A DNA stretch of 64,000 nucleotides from Candidatus Parcubacteria bacterium (GTDB lineage: Bacteria > Patescibacteriota > Minisyncoccia > JACPXH01), in the NCBI GenBank assembly GCA_016196625.1, contig JACPXH010000007.1:18631-82630 (forward strand), written 5' to 3'. The notes beneath the pieces were generated by a model. That model saw nothing but the letters and a program-made list of their open reading frames with translations, did no database searches and was not told the origin of the DNA. Each line of letters opens with the position of its first letter. The stretch's first letter is position 1. This document shows, piece by piece, positions 1 to 9,148 of the stretch. The position numbers were made by a program, and so were the translations under genes.

Positions 1-2218
1 GGTGGAATTTTTACGGGAGCGCGAGGACGTCTATGATCTGACCATTGATGGTACTCACAACTTCGCGTTAGCTGCCGGAATCTTCGTGCACAATTCGATA
101 GATGGCGATAGTCAGGCCGCGATGCGTTACACGGAGGCAAAATTGACGCCCCTGGCCGCCGAGATGCTCGCAGACATCGACCGCGATACCGTTGATTTCG
201 TGGACAATTACGACGGCACGCGCCAGGAACCCACGGTGCTGCCCGCCAAGGTGCCGCAGCTGTTGCTCAACGGCACGGTCGGGATTGCGGTGGGTATGGC
301 CACGAACATCCCGCCGCATAACTTGGGCGAGGTTGTTGACGCGCTCACGTACCTAACCCATCACCGCTCGGCCTCGGTCGAAGAGCTGCTAAAGTTCGTC
401 AAGGGGCCGGATTTTCCGACCGGCGGAGCCATCTATTCGGTTAAAGACATCGCTGCCGCCTATGGCACCGGTCGGGGAGCCATCATCACGCGGGGGCTCG
501 CCGAGATTGTGGAAGGCAAGGGCAACACCCAACAGATTATCATCAACTCGATTCCATTTCAGGTGAACAAAGCCACACTGATTGAGCATTTGGCCGAGCT
601 CGTGCAGGAAAAGAAAATCGAGGGCATCAGGGACATCCGCGATGAATCTGATAAAGATGGTTTGCGGGTGGCGATTGATCTCAAAGCCGACGCCTTCCCC
701 CAGAAGGTGTTGAACAGCCTCTACAAATACACCGATCTGCAAAAGACTTTTCACCTGAACATGTTGGCACTCGTGGACATCGTGCAGCCGCAGGTGCTTT
801 CGCTCAAGGGGATGTTGGAGGAGTATTTGAAGCATCGCGAGGTCATCGTGCGCCGGCGTGCCGAGTTTGATCTGGCCCGGGCGCGCGAACGGGCGCATAT
901 CCTTGAAGGTCTGGTCAAAGCGCTCGATCAGATTGATGCGGTCATCAAAACCATCCGCCAGTCGCGCGATCGCGAAAGCGCGCATCAGGCCCTCAAGTCC
1001 AAGTTCGGCTTCACGGATCTGCAGGCTTCAGCCATTCTCGACATGCGGCTTCAGACCTTGGCGGGTCTCGAGCAGGAGAAGGTGCGCGAGGAGTTGAGTG
1101 CGAAGCGCAAGCTTATGGGTGAGCTCACGCTTTTGCTTGGCGATCCCAAACGGATTTTGGACGTTATCAGAGACGAGCTTGCGCAAGTCAAGGCGAAATA
1201 CGGCGACGAGCGCAAAACCAAGGTGGTGGCGCACGCGCCCGGCGAAATCAAGGAGGAAGATTTGGTGCCGGAGGGGGAATCGCTCGTCATTTTGACTCGG
1301 GGCGGATCAGTCAAGCGAATGAACCCGGCTGCGTACCGCACGCAAAAGCGAGGCGGCAAGGGCGTGGTTGGCGTGGTGCCCAAAGAAGAAGATGTGGTGA
1401 TGCACGCCGTCTCGGCCCACACGCACTCGAACCTGCTCTTTTTCACGAACACCGGTAAGGTCTTTCAGACCAAGACCTACGAGATTCCCGAGGTCTCCCG
1501 CCAGAGCCGGGGCAAAGCCATTGAAAACTTCTTAGCACTCGGCCCCGGTGAAGCGGTAACGGCTATTTTGCCCTACCGGCTGCGCAAGAACGAGCCGATC
1601 GGCGCAAAATTCTTCGTGATGGGCACGGCCAGTGGTATAATCAAGAAAACCGCGATTGAGGAATTTTTGCAGGTGCGCCGCTCCGGACTCATTGCGATCA
1701 AACTCGGCCGAGGCGACACGCTGCGCTGGGTGCGGGCATCGGGCGGCGGGGATGAAGTTATGCTGGTGACTAAAAACGGGCAGGCCATCCGTTTTTCCGA
1801 GCGTGATGTCCGCGCCATGGGGCGCCCCGCCGCAGGCGTTACCGGCATTCGGCTTCGCAGCACCGACGAGGTCGTCGGCATGGAAGTGATTGCCAAGAAA
1901 GCGGAAGCGCCGATGGGTGAGGCGGTTTTGGTGGTAACGGAAAACGGCTACGGTAAGCGCACGTACCTCAAGGAGTATAAAAAGCAAAAGCGGGCCGGCG
2001 TGGGCGTGAAAACGGCTAAAGTAACCAAGAAGACCGGAGCACTCGTGGTGGCTGCCGTGCCGGCGCCCGAAGCAGGCGAGGTGATCGCCCTTTCGGCCAA
2101 AGGTCAGGTGATTCGCACCCCGGTTGAGAAAATTTCGATTTTGGGCCGGGCTACCCAAGGGGTGCGTCTCATGAAAGTGGAGGCCGGGGATCGGGTCGCG
2201 GCAGCCACCGTTTTCTAA
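1..2218 (+). CDS. gyrA: DNA gyrase subunit A, 5'-truncated by window edge; first ~31 codons are the C-terminal end of an intein
   Basis: ORF 2..2218; extein motifs [17 protein letters not shown] (catalytic Tyr), [15 protein letters not shown], long C-terminal repeat domain; TAA stop 2216-2218. Confidence 0.93.
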   Translation, partial: VEFLREREDVYDLTIDGTHNFALAAGIFVHNSIDGDSQAAMRYTEAKLTPLAAEMLADIDRDTVDFVDNYDGTRQEPTVLPAKVPQLLLNGTVGIAVGMATNIPPHNLGEVVDALTYLTHHRSASVEELLKFVKGPDFPTGGAIYSVKDIAAAYGTGRGAIITRGLAEIVEGKGNTQQIIINSIPFQVNKATLIEHLAELVQEKKIEGIRDIRDESDKDGLRVAIDLKADAFPQKVLNSLYKYTDLQKTFHLNMLALVDIVQPQVLSLKGMLEEYLKHREVIVRRRAEFDLARARERAHILEGLVKALDQIDAVIKTIRQSRDRESAHQALKSKFGFTDLQASAILDMRLQTLAGLEQEKVREELSAKRKLMGELTLLLGDPKRILDVIRDELAQVKAKYGDERKTKVVAHAPGEIKEEDLVPEGESLVILTRGGSVKRMNPAAYRTQKRGGKGVVGVVPKEEDVVMHAVSAHTHSNLLFFTNTGKVFQTKTYEIPEVSRQSRGKAIENFLALGPGEAVTAILPYRLRKNEPIGAKFFVMGTASGIIKKTAIEEFLQVRRSGLIAIKLGRGDTLRWVRASGGGDEVMLVTKNGQAIRFSERDVRAMGRPAAGVTGIRLRSTDEVVGMEVIAKKAEAPMGEAVLVVTENGYGKRTYLKEYKKQKRAGVGVKTAKVTKKTGALVVAAVPAPEAGEVIALSAKGQVIRTPVEKISILGRATQGVRLMKVEAGDRVAAATVF
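2..94 (+). other. intein C-terminal splicing region (blocks F/G) inside gyrA; extein resumes at Ser codon 95-97
   Basis: [24 protein letters not shown] followed by S+1, canonical VYDLT..HNF..G..VHN intein terminus, immediately followed by conserved GyrA extein [12 protein letters not shown]. Confidence 0.8.
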
Positions 2219-2265
2219 TGGCTGGGGTTATGCGTTTCAGTCCGGTACGGTTAGCTGTAGAAAAT

Positions 2266-2441
2266 ACCAGCGTTGTTTACATCAAACGGGCGAGCTTCTC
2301 GCTACGCTCGAACCCCCACCGAGGGTTCTCGCTGCTCTTCGGGCTCGCTCGCCTCGCCCTTCGACACGGCTCAGGGCTTGGCGCCTTGGCCGCTCGCCCT
2401 TCAGACGCCGCTTGGAGCTTGCCCGTTTGATGAAGGTAGAG
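2266..2441. repeat. GC-rich structured repeat (copy A) with terminal inverted repeats ttacatcaaacgggcgagc / gcttgcccgtttgatgaagg and internal ctcgct-rich core; related copy at 44638-44830
   Basis: read directly: TIR pairs are exact reverse complements; ~70% identity in blocks to copy B (ttgtttaca, ctcgctacgc, cttcggGctcgctcgcc). Confidence 0.55.
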
Positions 2442-2484
2442 TTCTCGCAAATAACGCTCGGAAATCTTACGGGTCAGTGTTTCC

Positions 2485-3036
2485 ATGAAAACTAAGACTA
2501 CCGCAGGCGCGCGCGCGTTTTTAGACCCCACGAGACTGCTTGAAGCAGTCGGTCTCAAGCTCGGCATGGAGGTGGCTGATTTTGGGTGCGGGGCCGGGCA
2601 CTTTGCCATCCCCTTGGCGCGGTTCGTGGGAGACCGTGGCGTGGTGCACGCGCTTGATGTCCGCTCGGAGATGTTGGAAGCCGTGGTCGGCCGGGCCAAA
2701 CTCGAGCGGCTCTACAACGTTCAGACCGAACGCGTTGATTTGGAGGCCGAGCGCGGCTCAAAGCTTAGGGACGGATCGCAAGATATGGTGGTGGCGGCCA
2801 ACATTCTCTTTCAGGTGCGCGACCAACGCGCCATCATCGGTGAGGCGTATCGCATCCTGAAGCCGGAGGGACGGTTTGTCGCGGTCGAATGGCACAGCGA
2901 AAGGATGTTTGGCCCCGCCTTCGCGCTCCGCCCCACTCCGGTTGACGTCAAAGCTCTCGCCGCCGAGGTGGGGTTTAAACTGGAGCATACGCTTGAAGCC
3001 GGCTCATTCCACTTTGCGATTGTGTTTAGAAAGTGA
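2485..3036 (+). CDS. class I SAM-dependent methyltransferase
   Basis: motif I VADFGCGAGHFAIPLA, acidic post-I DVRSE, ILKPEGRFV motif; 183 aa. Confidence 0.7.
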   Translation: MKTKTTAGARAFLDPTRLLEAVGLKLGMEVADFGCGAGHFAIPLARFVGDRGVVHALDVRSEMLEAVVGRAKLERLYNVQTERVDLEAERGSKLRDGSQDMVVAANILFQVRDQRAIIGEAYRILKPEGRFVAVEWHSERMFGPAFALRPTPVDVKALAAEVGFKLEHTLEAGSFHFAIVFRK

Positions 3037-3116
3037 ATCTCAAACGTCAAACTTTCGTTTCGGTTTTGAGCTTTGGCATTGATTCGTCATTTGGATTTTG
3101 TCATTTGGATTTGTGA
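3037..3116. repeat. AT-rich palindromic intergenic element, copy 1 (tandem gtcatttggattt units, tttgagctttgg arm)
   Basis: shares core with copies at 29484-29571 and 47607-47742; AT-rich in GC-rich background; sits between methyltransferase stop and SBP start. Confidence 0.6.
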
Positions 3117-3118
3117 GT

Positions 3119-4450
3119 ATGCCTTCTTTCTCCCGTGGTCTAATCATCGCCGCCGTCATCGCCGCCCTGATCCTTGCGGTTGGGGCGCTCATGCTGACCT
3201 GCGTTATCCCCGGGGTGAAATACTGCTCGGATAAAAACAAAGCCGCGACCTTGGAGGTGTGGGGCGTGTTTGACGACACGGATGCGTTCAAGCCGTTCAT
3301 CGACGCCTACCGCGCGCTGCGGCCCAGCGTGAAGGTAAATTATCGGAAGATGGACGCGCGCGACCCGAAGCGCTACGAGCAGGAGCTCTTGGAAGCGTTC
3401 GCCGCTGGTCGGGGCCCGGACATCTTTTTCATCCACCACACGTGGCTCAAGCGCTACCTCGAGAAGCTCCGTCCCCTGCCCGAAGATCTCATGGCGCTCC
3501 GAGAGTTCAAGGAGACATTCGTGGATGTGGCGGTTGAAGATCTGACGACAGACGGTCAGATCTATGCACTCCCGCTGTATGTGGATACCCTCGCTCTCTA
3601 CTACAACCAGGATATGCTCAATTCAGCCAGGCTCTCCAAGGCGCCGGCCACGTGGACCGAATTCAACGCGGCCGTGCCCAAGCTCGTTTCGGTTGACGCC
3701 CGCACGGGTGCGGTAACCAGAGCCGCAGCCACTATCGGCACGGCAAAAAACATTAACCGTTCCACCGACATCCTGGCCCTCCTCATGCTGCAGTCGGGTA
3801 CCGCCATCGTGGATCGCAAAACCAGTCAGGTGGTTATGGACGAATCGAAACAGTTAAATGGCCAAGCCCACCGACCCGGTCTCAACGCTCTTGAATTTTA
3901 TACCGCCTTCACCGACCCCGGCCGGAGCGTTTATACGTGGGGAGTGGGGTCGAATTTCCACTGGTCAGTGGACGCATTCGCCGAAGAGTCGGCGGCGATG
4001 ACCTTCAACTACGCCTACCAATTGCCCGTTATCCGCCAGAAAAACCCCAACCTGCGTTTCGGGATTTCAAGCATGCCCCAAATTGAAAACCGGACCATTG
4101 ATGTCAACTATGCGAGTTACTGGGCGCCGGCGGTTTCCTTCCAGTCGCGCAACGCCCGGGCGGCGTGGGAGTTCATTATTTTTGCGAGCGGCAAGGATGC
4201 GGTGGTATCATATTTGAAGACAACACAGCGTCCGCCGGCCCGGCGCGATCTGATCGAGACCTTCCGGAGCGATTCGAACCTTGGCGTTTTCGCCGAGCAG
4301 GCGTTGACCGCCCGTAGCTTCTACCAGTATGACAGCAGCCAGGTCGAGCAGATTTTTGCGGACATGATTGAAACAGTGGTCAAACGCGAGAAAACGCCGA
4401 ACGAAGCGCTAGAGACCGCGGTCAATGCGATGCGCGTGGCGACGAAGTAA
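3119..4450 (+). CDS. ABC transporter extracellular solute-binding protein (family 1, sugar-type) with N-terminal membrane anchor
   Basis: N-terminal TM, then SBP-like fold; ATG at 3098 lies inside the repeat so start at 3119 (MPSFSRGLII) preferred; no permease or ATPase adjacent. Confidence 0.55.
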   Translation: MPSFSRGLIIAAVIAALILAVGALMLTCVIPGVKYCSDKNKAATLEVWGVFDDTDAFKPFIDAYRALRPSVKVNYRKMDARDPKRYEQELLEAFAAGRGPDIFFIHHTWLKRYLEKLRPLPEDLMALREFKETFVDVAVEDLTTDGQIYALPLYVDTLALYYNQDMLNSARLSKAPATWTEFNAAVPKLVSVDARTGAVTRAAATIGTAKNINRSTDILALLMLQSGTAIVDRKTSQVVMDESKQLNGQAHRPGLNALEFYTAFTDPGRSVYTWGVGSNFHWSVDAFAEESAAMTFNYAYQLPVIRQKNPNLRFGISSMPQIENRTIDVNYASYWAPAVSFQSRNARAAWEFIIFASGKDAVVSYLKTTQRPPARRDLIETFRSDSNLGVFAEQALTARSFYQYDSSQVEQIFADMIETVVKREKTPNEALETAVNAMRVATK

Positions 4451-4460
4451 CACGAAAGTT

Positions 4461-4937
4461 ATGAAGACTCTGCAACGGACGACTTTTGGGGCATCTCTGG
4501 TCGGCATCGAAATCGCCACCATCCTGATATTGTTTCAGCCGACCGCGAGCTTCGCACAGACATGCAACTGCAATAGCGGTCGTACCGGCATCACGGCGCC
4601 TCCCGGGCAGACGTGCGAACAGGTCTGCCAAAGCGAAGGCGGTGTGGTTGGAAGCGGTGCGGGAGGATCGGTTACCATCCCCAACTTCCTTGGTTTCAAC
4701 ACCATTCAAGCGGTGATCAACGCGGTTATCCCCAAGCTCATTATCTTGGCCACCGTCATCGTCGCGCCCATGGTCATTTGGGCCGCTTATATGCTGATGT
4801 TTTCGCCGGCCTCTCCTGATCTTATCAACAAGGCCAAAACCACCTTGTTGTGGACGTTGGTGGGGTATGCTATAATCTTGGTGGGTAGCGGCATCGCTTA
4901 TATTGTGAGCGAGATTCTTGGGGTGCCCACCGGTTAG
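4461..4937 (+). CDS. TrbC/VirB2-like pilin (signal peptide, Cys-rich segment, two TM helices)
   Basis: MKTLQRTT.. signal, CNCN..C..C region, two hydrophobic helices joined by SPASPDLINKAK loop; paralog of next gene. Confidence 0.4.
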   Translation: MKTLQRTTFGASLVGIEIATILILFQPTASFAQTCNCNSGRTGITAPPGQTCEQVCQSEGGVVGSGAGGSVTIPNFLGFNTIQAVINAVIPKLIILATVIVAPMVIWAAYMLMFSPASPDLINKAKTTLLWTLVGYAIILVGSGIAYIVSEILGVPTG

Positions 4938-4981
4938 AGATAGCCGCGAAATATAATTTTTATTATTAAAAACCTTTTGTT

Positions 4982-5338
4982 ATGAGAAAAATACTTTTTT
5001 CAGTGATTGCCGCCGTGTCTTCATTCCTGCCGCTGGTTGCGAGAGGCCAAGGAGGTTTTCTTCCGGTGCCGCAGCAGAACGTGCCTAACATCCCCACGGA
5101 TTTGCAGGGGCTCATTAGAGTGATTGATCGGGTGGGGGTATTCATGTTTGGTTTTCTCTTGGTGGGGGCCTTTATTATGTTTATGATCGGTGCGTTTATG
5201 TATCTTGTGGGCGGGGGCAGCCCGGATGCGCAGAAAAACGCCAAGAACTATCTCATTTACGCCGCCGTTGCGGTGATCGTGGGTTTTGCCGCTTTTGCCA
5301 TTGCTCAGACTCTCAAGACCGTGGTTGGCGCGCAATAA
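4982..5338 (+). CDS. TrbC/VirB2-like pilin paralog
   Basis: signal peptide, two TM helices with conserved GGGSPDAQKNAK loop matching the upstream paralog. Confidence 0.4.
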   Translation: MRKILFSVIAAVSSFLPLVARGQGGFLPVPQQNVPNIPTDLQGLIRVIDRVGVFMFGFLLVGAFIMFMIGAFMYLVGGGSPDAQKNAKNYLIYAAVAVIVGFAAFAIAQTLKTVVGAQ

Positions 5339-5367
5339 AGTATTTCAAGGTACTAAGGAAAAGAAAT

Positions 5368-5410
5368 CTGCCCAGCCGCCTCAAAGGCGGCTGGGCAGAC
5401 GGTTTTCGGA
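5368..5410. terminator. bidirectional Rho-independent terminator between convergent genes
   Basis: 13-bp perfect stem ctgcccagccgcc/ggcggctgggcag, loop tcaaa, followed by ggttttcgg; T-rich on both sides. Confidence 0.6.
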
Positions 5411-5417
5411 AAGAGCT

Positions 5418-6605
5418 TTACTGCGGCCTTACTTGGACCGTGAGTGAATCCCCGGAGCCGCCCCAGCCGTTCGTCTTGAACGCCACGTACTGCGGCTGGT
5501 CGGAGTCATTGCAGGGTTTGCTGTCGAGTGTGGTGGCATCGAAGCGGTACTCGCTTCCACCCACCACGATAGCGGTCTCCCTCAGGATCGGGTTGCGGTC
5601 CGTTCGGAGGCTCTCGAGGTAGATTTTGTTGAGGACGGGTCGCCGGTCGAGCGAGATGTGTTCCCAACCTGGCTGCACCGCACCCTCGATCCAGATCCGT
5701 ACGCACTGGCCCGGTTGAACCGCGATCGGGGTCGGGAAATGGGGAAGACCCTTGAGAAATACCAGCCCTGTGCCGGGTTGCGTAGAGCTTGCCTGCGCCA
5801 CAGGCGGATACCGGATCTCGAGTTCTTTCTGCGGCCCCCGATCATTCGATACCATCGCTTTCGCGATGTCGGCGCCGAAGAAGAGCCATACGAGACCCGC
5901 GATCAGCGCAAGCCCGCCGAGCGTACTCGCAATCCACGCGGGGCCAATCTTCACTTTCGACATCGCAAATCCGATGCCGAAGAGCAAGAGGCCCAGCGCG
6001 ATGAGCCCGCCGGCTGTGCCCGCTTGCGAGAAGTCGGGCAGGGATTCCTTTAGGGTATCCCACCAGGAGGCGTCACGTGCCTTGCGCAAGCACGTAGCGA
6101 TTATTTTGCTGCTGCGTTCAGCGCGCGCCCAAACTCGTTTGAGGTCGTTCTCGCTCATTGCGAGAGTGCGGCCGGTGATGTTCTGGATGCCCCGGATCGC
6201 CGCGTACTCTCGGCGGATGCGTCCACCCTCGATCTCGTCGTAATCCAAGCATGCTTCGAGCGCGGCTTGCCGTGCGCGGAGTCCCACTGGTGAAATCCTC
6301 GCCGCGTTCGTGACATCGGTACTCTCGCGTTGGCGCTCGAGCGCGTCTTGTGTCCTTGGCTGGTAGACAAGGTAGGTCTGAACGCCTACAACGGTGAGGA
6401 ACGTGACGGCAATGGCGACGAGCGGTATCGTGAGCGGCCAGTGCACTTTGCCGAGCGTGTGCATCGCTACTACGACCGCGATCGCTATCGCGAGTAGCCC
6501 GAACGTCGCCCAGAACACCGGAACGATCCCGGCGAAGTAGAGGATGGCGGAGAGCACGAGGCTCCCCACCAGTCCCCACAGCCCGTACTGCATCACTTGC
6601 GGCAT
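5418..6605 (-). CDS. hypothetical polytopic membrane protein with C-terminal beta-rich extracytoplasmic domain
   Basis: 395-aa ORF, several predicted TM segments, no recognisable catalytic motif. Confidence 0.5.
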   Translation of the reverse strand: MPQVMQYGLWGLVGSLVLSAILYFAGIVPVFWATFGLLAIAIAVVVAMHTLGKVHWPLTIPLVAIAVTFLTVVGVQTYLVYQPRTQDALERQRESTDVTNAARISPVGLRARQAALEACLDYDEIEGGRIRREYAAIRGIQNITGRTLAMSENDLKRVWARAERSSKIIATCLRKARDASWWDTLKESLPDFSQAGTAGGLIALGLLLFGIGFAMSKVKIGPAWIASTLGGLALIAGLVWLFFGADIAKAMVSNDRGPQKELEIRYPPVAQASSTQPGTGLVFLKGLPHFPTPIAVQPGQCVRIWIEGAVQPGWEHISLDRRPVLNKIYLESLRTDRNPILRETAIVVGGSEYRFDATTLDSKPCNDSDQPQYVAFKTNGWGGSGDSLTVQVRPQ

Positions 6606-6617
6606 GACTCTTCCTCC

Positions 6618-8165
6618 TTACGCCGACTTCCGGTGGAAGACGGCGTTGCTCACCATATCGCTCAGAAAACTTATGCCTAACTCCATGAGCGGATACACGC
6701 GCCAGAACTGCCGTGAGGTGAGGGGGGTCTCTCCTGCCGTCGGGGTAGCGCCCGGCTGGCCGCCGGTCTGCTTACCCTGTTTGATCGCGGCGACGGTTTC
6801 GCCCAACGAGGCGCGGCCTTCACGGATATCCACCTCGCCTACGCCGTATTTCCGAGTAATCGATTGCTTCGCACGTCGCCATGAGCGGCGCGCGTCGTCG
6901 CGGAACACCGCGAAGAAGCAGACGATCATCACGATGATGGAAGCCCAGAATCCGCGCCAGTACCACTTCACGAAACCAGAAACCATTTTCGGTTGTGGCC
7001 GCTGGACCTTGATCCCCTCCCGGTCAAGCTCCGCATCGGTCTTGAACTTTCCGAAACGGTACTCATTCCGGTACCGCTGGGCGATTTCGCTCGGCGGCGC
7101 GGTCAGCTTAACCTCCCATGAGGAAGGGTTGAAGCCGACCATCGTAAGCCCGACCACGAGGAGGATCACGTTGAGGATTCCTAATACGTAGAAGGGTTTA
7201 TTGCTGACATCCCGGACGGGGCCGTCGAGAGACAGTCGATGGTCCTTCGACGTTCCGCGGAGGAACAGGTGGACCCCCCGACTTTTCTCGGCGAAATCCA
7301 TCTTGAACTCAACGATGCCGTCGGCATCGGTTCGCCGAATGGGCGGATCAATGCCGGCGCCAACGATCTCTACCTGCCAGTCCGGCACCGGCTGTTTGGC
7401 AGCGTCGAAGACGGCAACGCGAATGGTTTGTTTCCCATCTTCGCCGCTGACCTTAATCTCCCAGTCGTCCGCCCGGCGTATCTGGCTGGCCTGGTCCAAC
7501 TCTTGCTCGATCTGCGCGAGCTCACGCCGAAGCTTCGCCTCGGCCACCTGCTTTTCGAGCGAACTCGGCTGTGCCCCGAGTTTCTCGAGGTCAGCCGTGA
7601 TGCGTGCGAGCTCGAGCTTGAGCCGCGCTTCCGTGACATTCCTTTCGGTATCGCTCGGCGTTGCGCCAAGCTTCTTGAGTTCGGCGTCAATGCGAGCAAG
7701 CTCAAGCCGGAGGCGCGCGTCTACGAGTTTCTTCTCGTTCGAATCGGGCCGCTGGCGGAGCCTCGCAAGTTCCGCAGCAACCTTCGTCCGTTCGAGTTTG
7801 AGTTTGTCGTGCTCGAGCGAAACTTCCTCGGCCGATTTCTGTTTCGGTAGCTCGGGGACCATAAGAAGTCGTTCTGTCCGCTGGCCTCCGATTGCCACCT
7901 CGGCGAGGTAGTGGTGACCCGGACCTAGGCCGGTGATGGCTTTGGTGGCATAGCGATCTTGAACCGGTACTGCCCGGCCGAACCGTTCGCCATCCATATA
8001 GAAGATTGCCTCGGGGATTTCCCCCTCCCAGTCGCCACGCGCAAACGCGCGTAGCGTCGTGGAGTAGGTGTCATCCGCCGCGAGGGCAAGGGGTGTGTTG
8101 GTAATCTCTACCGACGGTCGCTGACGCCGTCGCTCCCTTCTGTCTCTTCCTTCATCTGCCATCAC
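6618..8165 (-). CDS. hypothetical membrane-anchored protein with tandem 23-aa coiled-coil repeats and a carboxypeptidase-regulatory-like beta domain
   Basis: 515-aa ORF; repeats KLELARI(D/T)A(E/D)L(K/E)KLGA(T/Q)PS... x3-4; two TM segments near C-terminus. Confidence 0.5.
   Translation of the reverse strand: MMADEGRDRRERRRQRPSVEITNTPLALAADDTYSTTLRAFARGDWEGEIPEAIFYMDGERFGRAVPVQDRYATKAITGLGPGHHYLAEVAIGGQRTERLLMVPELPKQKSAEEVSLEHDKLKLERTKVAAELARLRQRPDSNEKKLVDARLRLELARIDAELKKLGATPSDTERNVTEARLKLELARITADLEKLGAQPSSLEKQVAEAKLRRELAQIEQELDQASQIRRADDWEIKVSGEDGKQTIRVAVFDAAKQPVPDWQVEIVGAGIDPPIRRTDADGIVEFKMDFAEKSRGVHLFLRGTSKDHRLSLDGPVRDVSNKPFYVLGILNVILLVVGLTMVGFNPSSWEVKLTAPPSEIAQRYRNEYRFGKFKTDAELDREGIKVQRPQPKMVSGFVKWYWRGFWASIIVMIVCFFAVFRDDARRSWRRAKQSITRKYGVGEVDIREGRASLGETVAAIKQGKQTGGQPGATPTAGETPLTSRQFWRVYPLMELGISFLSDMVSNAVFHRKSA
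7540..7800. repeat. intragenic tandem ~69-bp repeats encoding the coiled-coil units of the 6618-8165 protein
   Basis: repeated gcgagctcgagcttgagccgcgc / gcgagcaagctcaagccggaggcgcgc units seen directly. Confidence 0.5.
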
Positions 8166-8238
8166 GTCCTCCCGGGCTTTCGGCCCTTCTTTGGTTTCCG
8201 TATTCTGCTGTCAACGAGCGCTCGTCCTGTTTTGGCTG

Positions 8239-8268
8239 CTCTATGCAGTTGTCAGGACGCTTTGACTA
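8239..8268 (+). promoter_or_regulatory. candidate sigma70-type promoter for tRNA-Leu (TTGTCA -N17- TATACT)
   Basis: hexamers at 8239-8244 and 8262-8267 in AT-rich stretch ~100 nt upstream of tRNA-Leu. Confidence 0.3.
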
Positions 8269-8368
8269 GATTATACTAACATTATATACGTAAGTCAATA
8301 GGGCGTTTAGAATTGGCTGTTTTTGGCTTGTAAAAAAGGATTCTGGTCAGTAAAATGCGTGAGTCAAC

Positions 8369-8454
8369 GCTGGGGTGGCGAAACTGGAAGACGCGACGGC
8401 CTTAGGAGCCGTTGAGAGCAATCTCGTGGGAGTTCGAATCTCCCTCCCAGCACC
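8369..8454 (+). tRNA. tRNA-Leu (anticodon TAG), long variable arm, partial CC encoded
   Basis: acceptor GCTGGGG/TCCCAGC, anticodon stem ACGGC/GCCGT loop CTTAGGA, T-arm GGGAG-TTCGAAT-CTCCC; ORF-track ORF 8375.. is an artefact reading through it. Confidence 0.85.
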
Positions 8455-8458
8455 GCCT

Positions 8459-9010
8459 ATGGCGGGCTTCCAACTTTTTGCCCATCCCTGGTGGGTCAAT
8501 CTTGTCTTCGGAGTTCCATTCGTCGCTTATCTTATTTGGCGGCTGAGCGGCCTTGCCATAGCGCCGAAAACTCTCGTCCTCGCCGCGATTTTCGGTGTGG
8601 CGTTTGGATTTGTGGAGGCGGCGGTAGTCGTGTATTTGCGCGCGGCGGTCGGGCTTACCGACCCCGCACTTGTTCAGAACATCGAAGCGCTGGGCAAACT
8701 TTCCGGGCGCTTGTTTACAATTGAGCTTTTCCGCGAAGCGGCAACGCTCGTGATGCTTGCGACCCTCGCCATGCTCGCCGCGCCAGCGCGCCGCGAACGC
8801 TGGGCAATATTTTTCTGGATGTTTGCGATTTGGGACCTCACGTACTATGCGGGGCTGTGGGCGACCGTGCGCTGGCCACAGTCCATTACCGCGCCGGATG
8901 TCCTCTTTCTCATTCCCGTGCCTTGGGTGGCGCCAGTGGGGTTTCCGATGTTGGTGAGCGCACTGATACTCGCCGCTGTACTCGCAGCGTGGCGGAGGCA
9001 TGCATCGTAG
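8459..9010 (+). CDS. hypothetical polytopic membrane protein; start codon 5 nt after tRNA-Leu
   Basis: MAGFQLFAHPWW.. start at 8459 inside longer ORF; 5-6 predicted TM helices. Confidence 0.5.
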   Translation: MAGFQLFAHPWWVNLVFGVPFVAYLIWRLSGLAIAPKTLVLAAIFGVAFGFVEAAVVVYLRAAVGLTDPALVQNIEALGKLSGRLFTIELFREAATLVMLATLAMLAAPARRERWAIFFWMFAIWDLTYYAGLWATVRWPQSITAPDVLFLIPVPWVAPVGFPMLVSALILAAVLAAWRRHAS

Positions 9011-9148
9011 GAGATTGCAGCTAACTTTTTGTGATGCAATCAGCAGGGATGCCCCAGAGAAGTTTCGGCATCGGCCCTATACATCTTTCTGCGATCGCAG
9101 TAGAATGTTTTATAGACGATTCGTTTATTTCTCTTATAGTTTTTCGGC

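Noticed and set aside
68-2158. Numerous ORF-track ORFs overlapping gyrA, valS, recG, clpC, ligA etc. on other frames
   Set aside because: They are antisense/alternate-frame shadows typical of high-GC DNA. They lack start context and conserved motifs.
3085-3112. Possible CRISPR-like direct repeats (gtcatttggatttt x2)
   Set aside because: Only two adjacent units with no spacers; they are part of the AT-rich palindromic intergenic element family, not an array. No CRISPR array found anywhere in the window.
8375-8458. N-terminal 28 codons of ORF 8375..9010
   Set aside because: They coincide with tRNA-Leu(TAG); the protein start is moved to ATG 8459.
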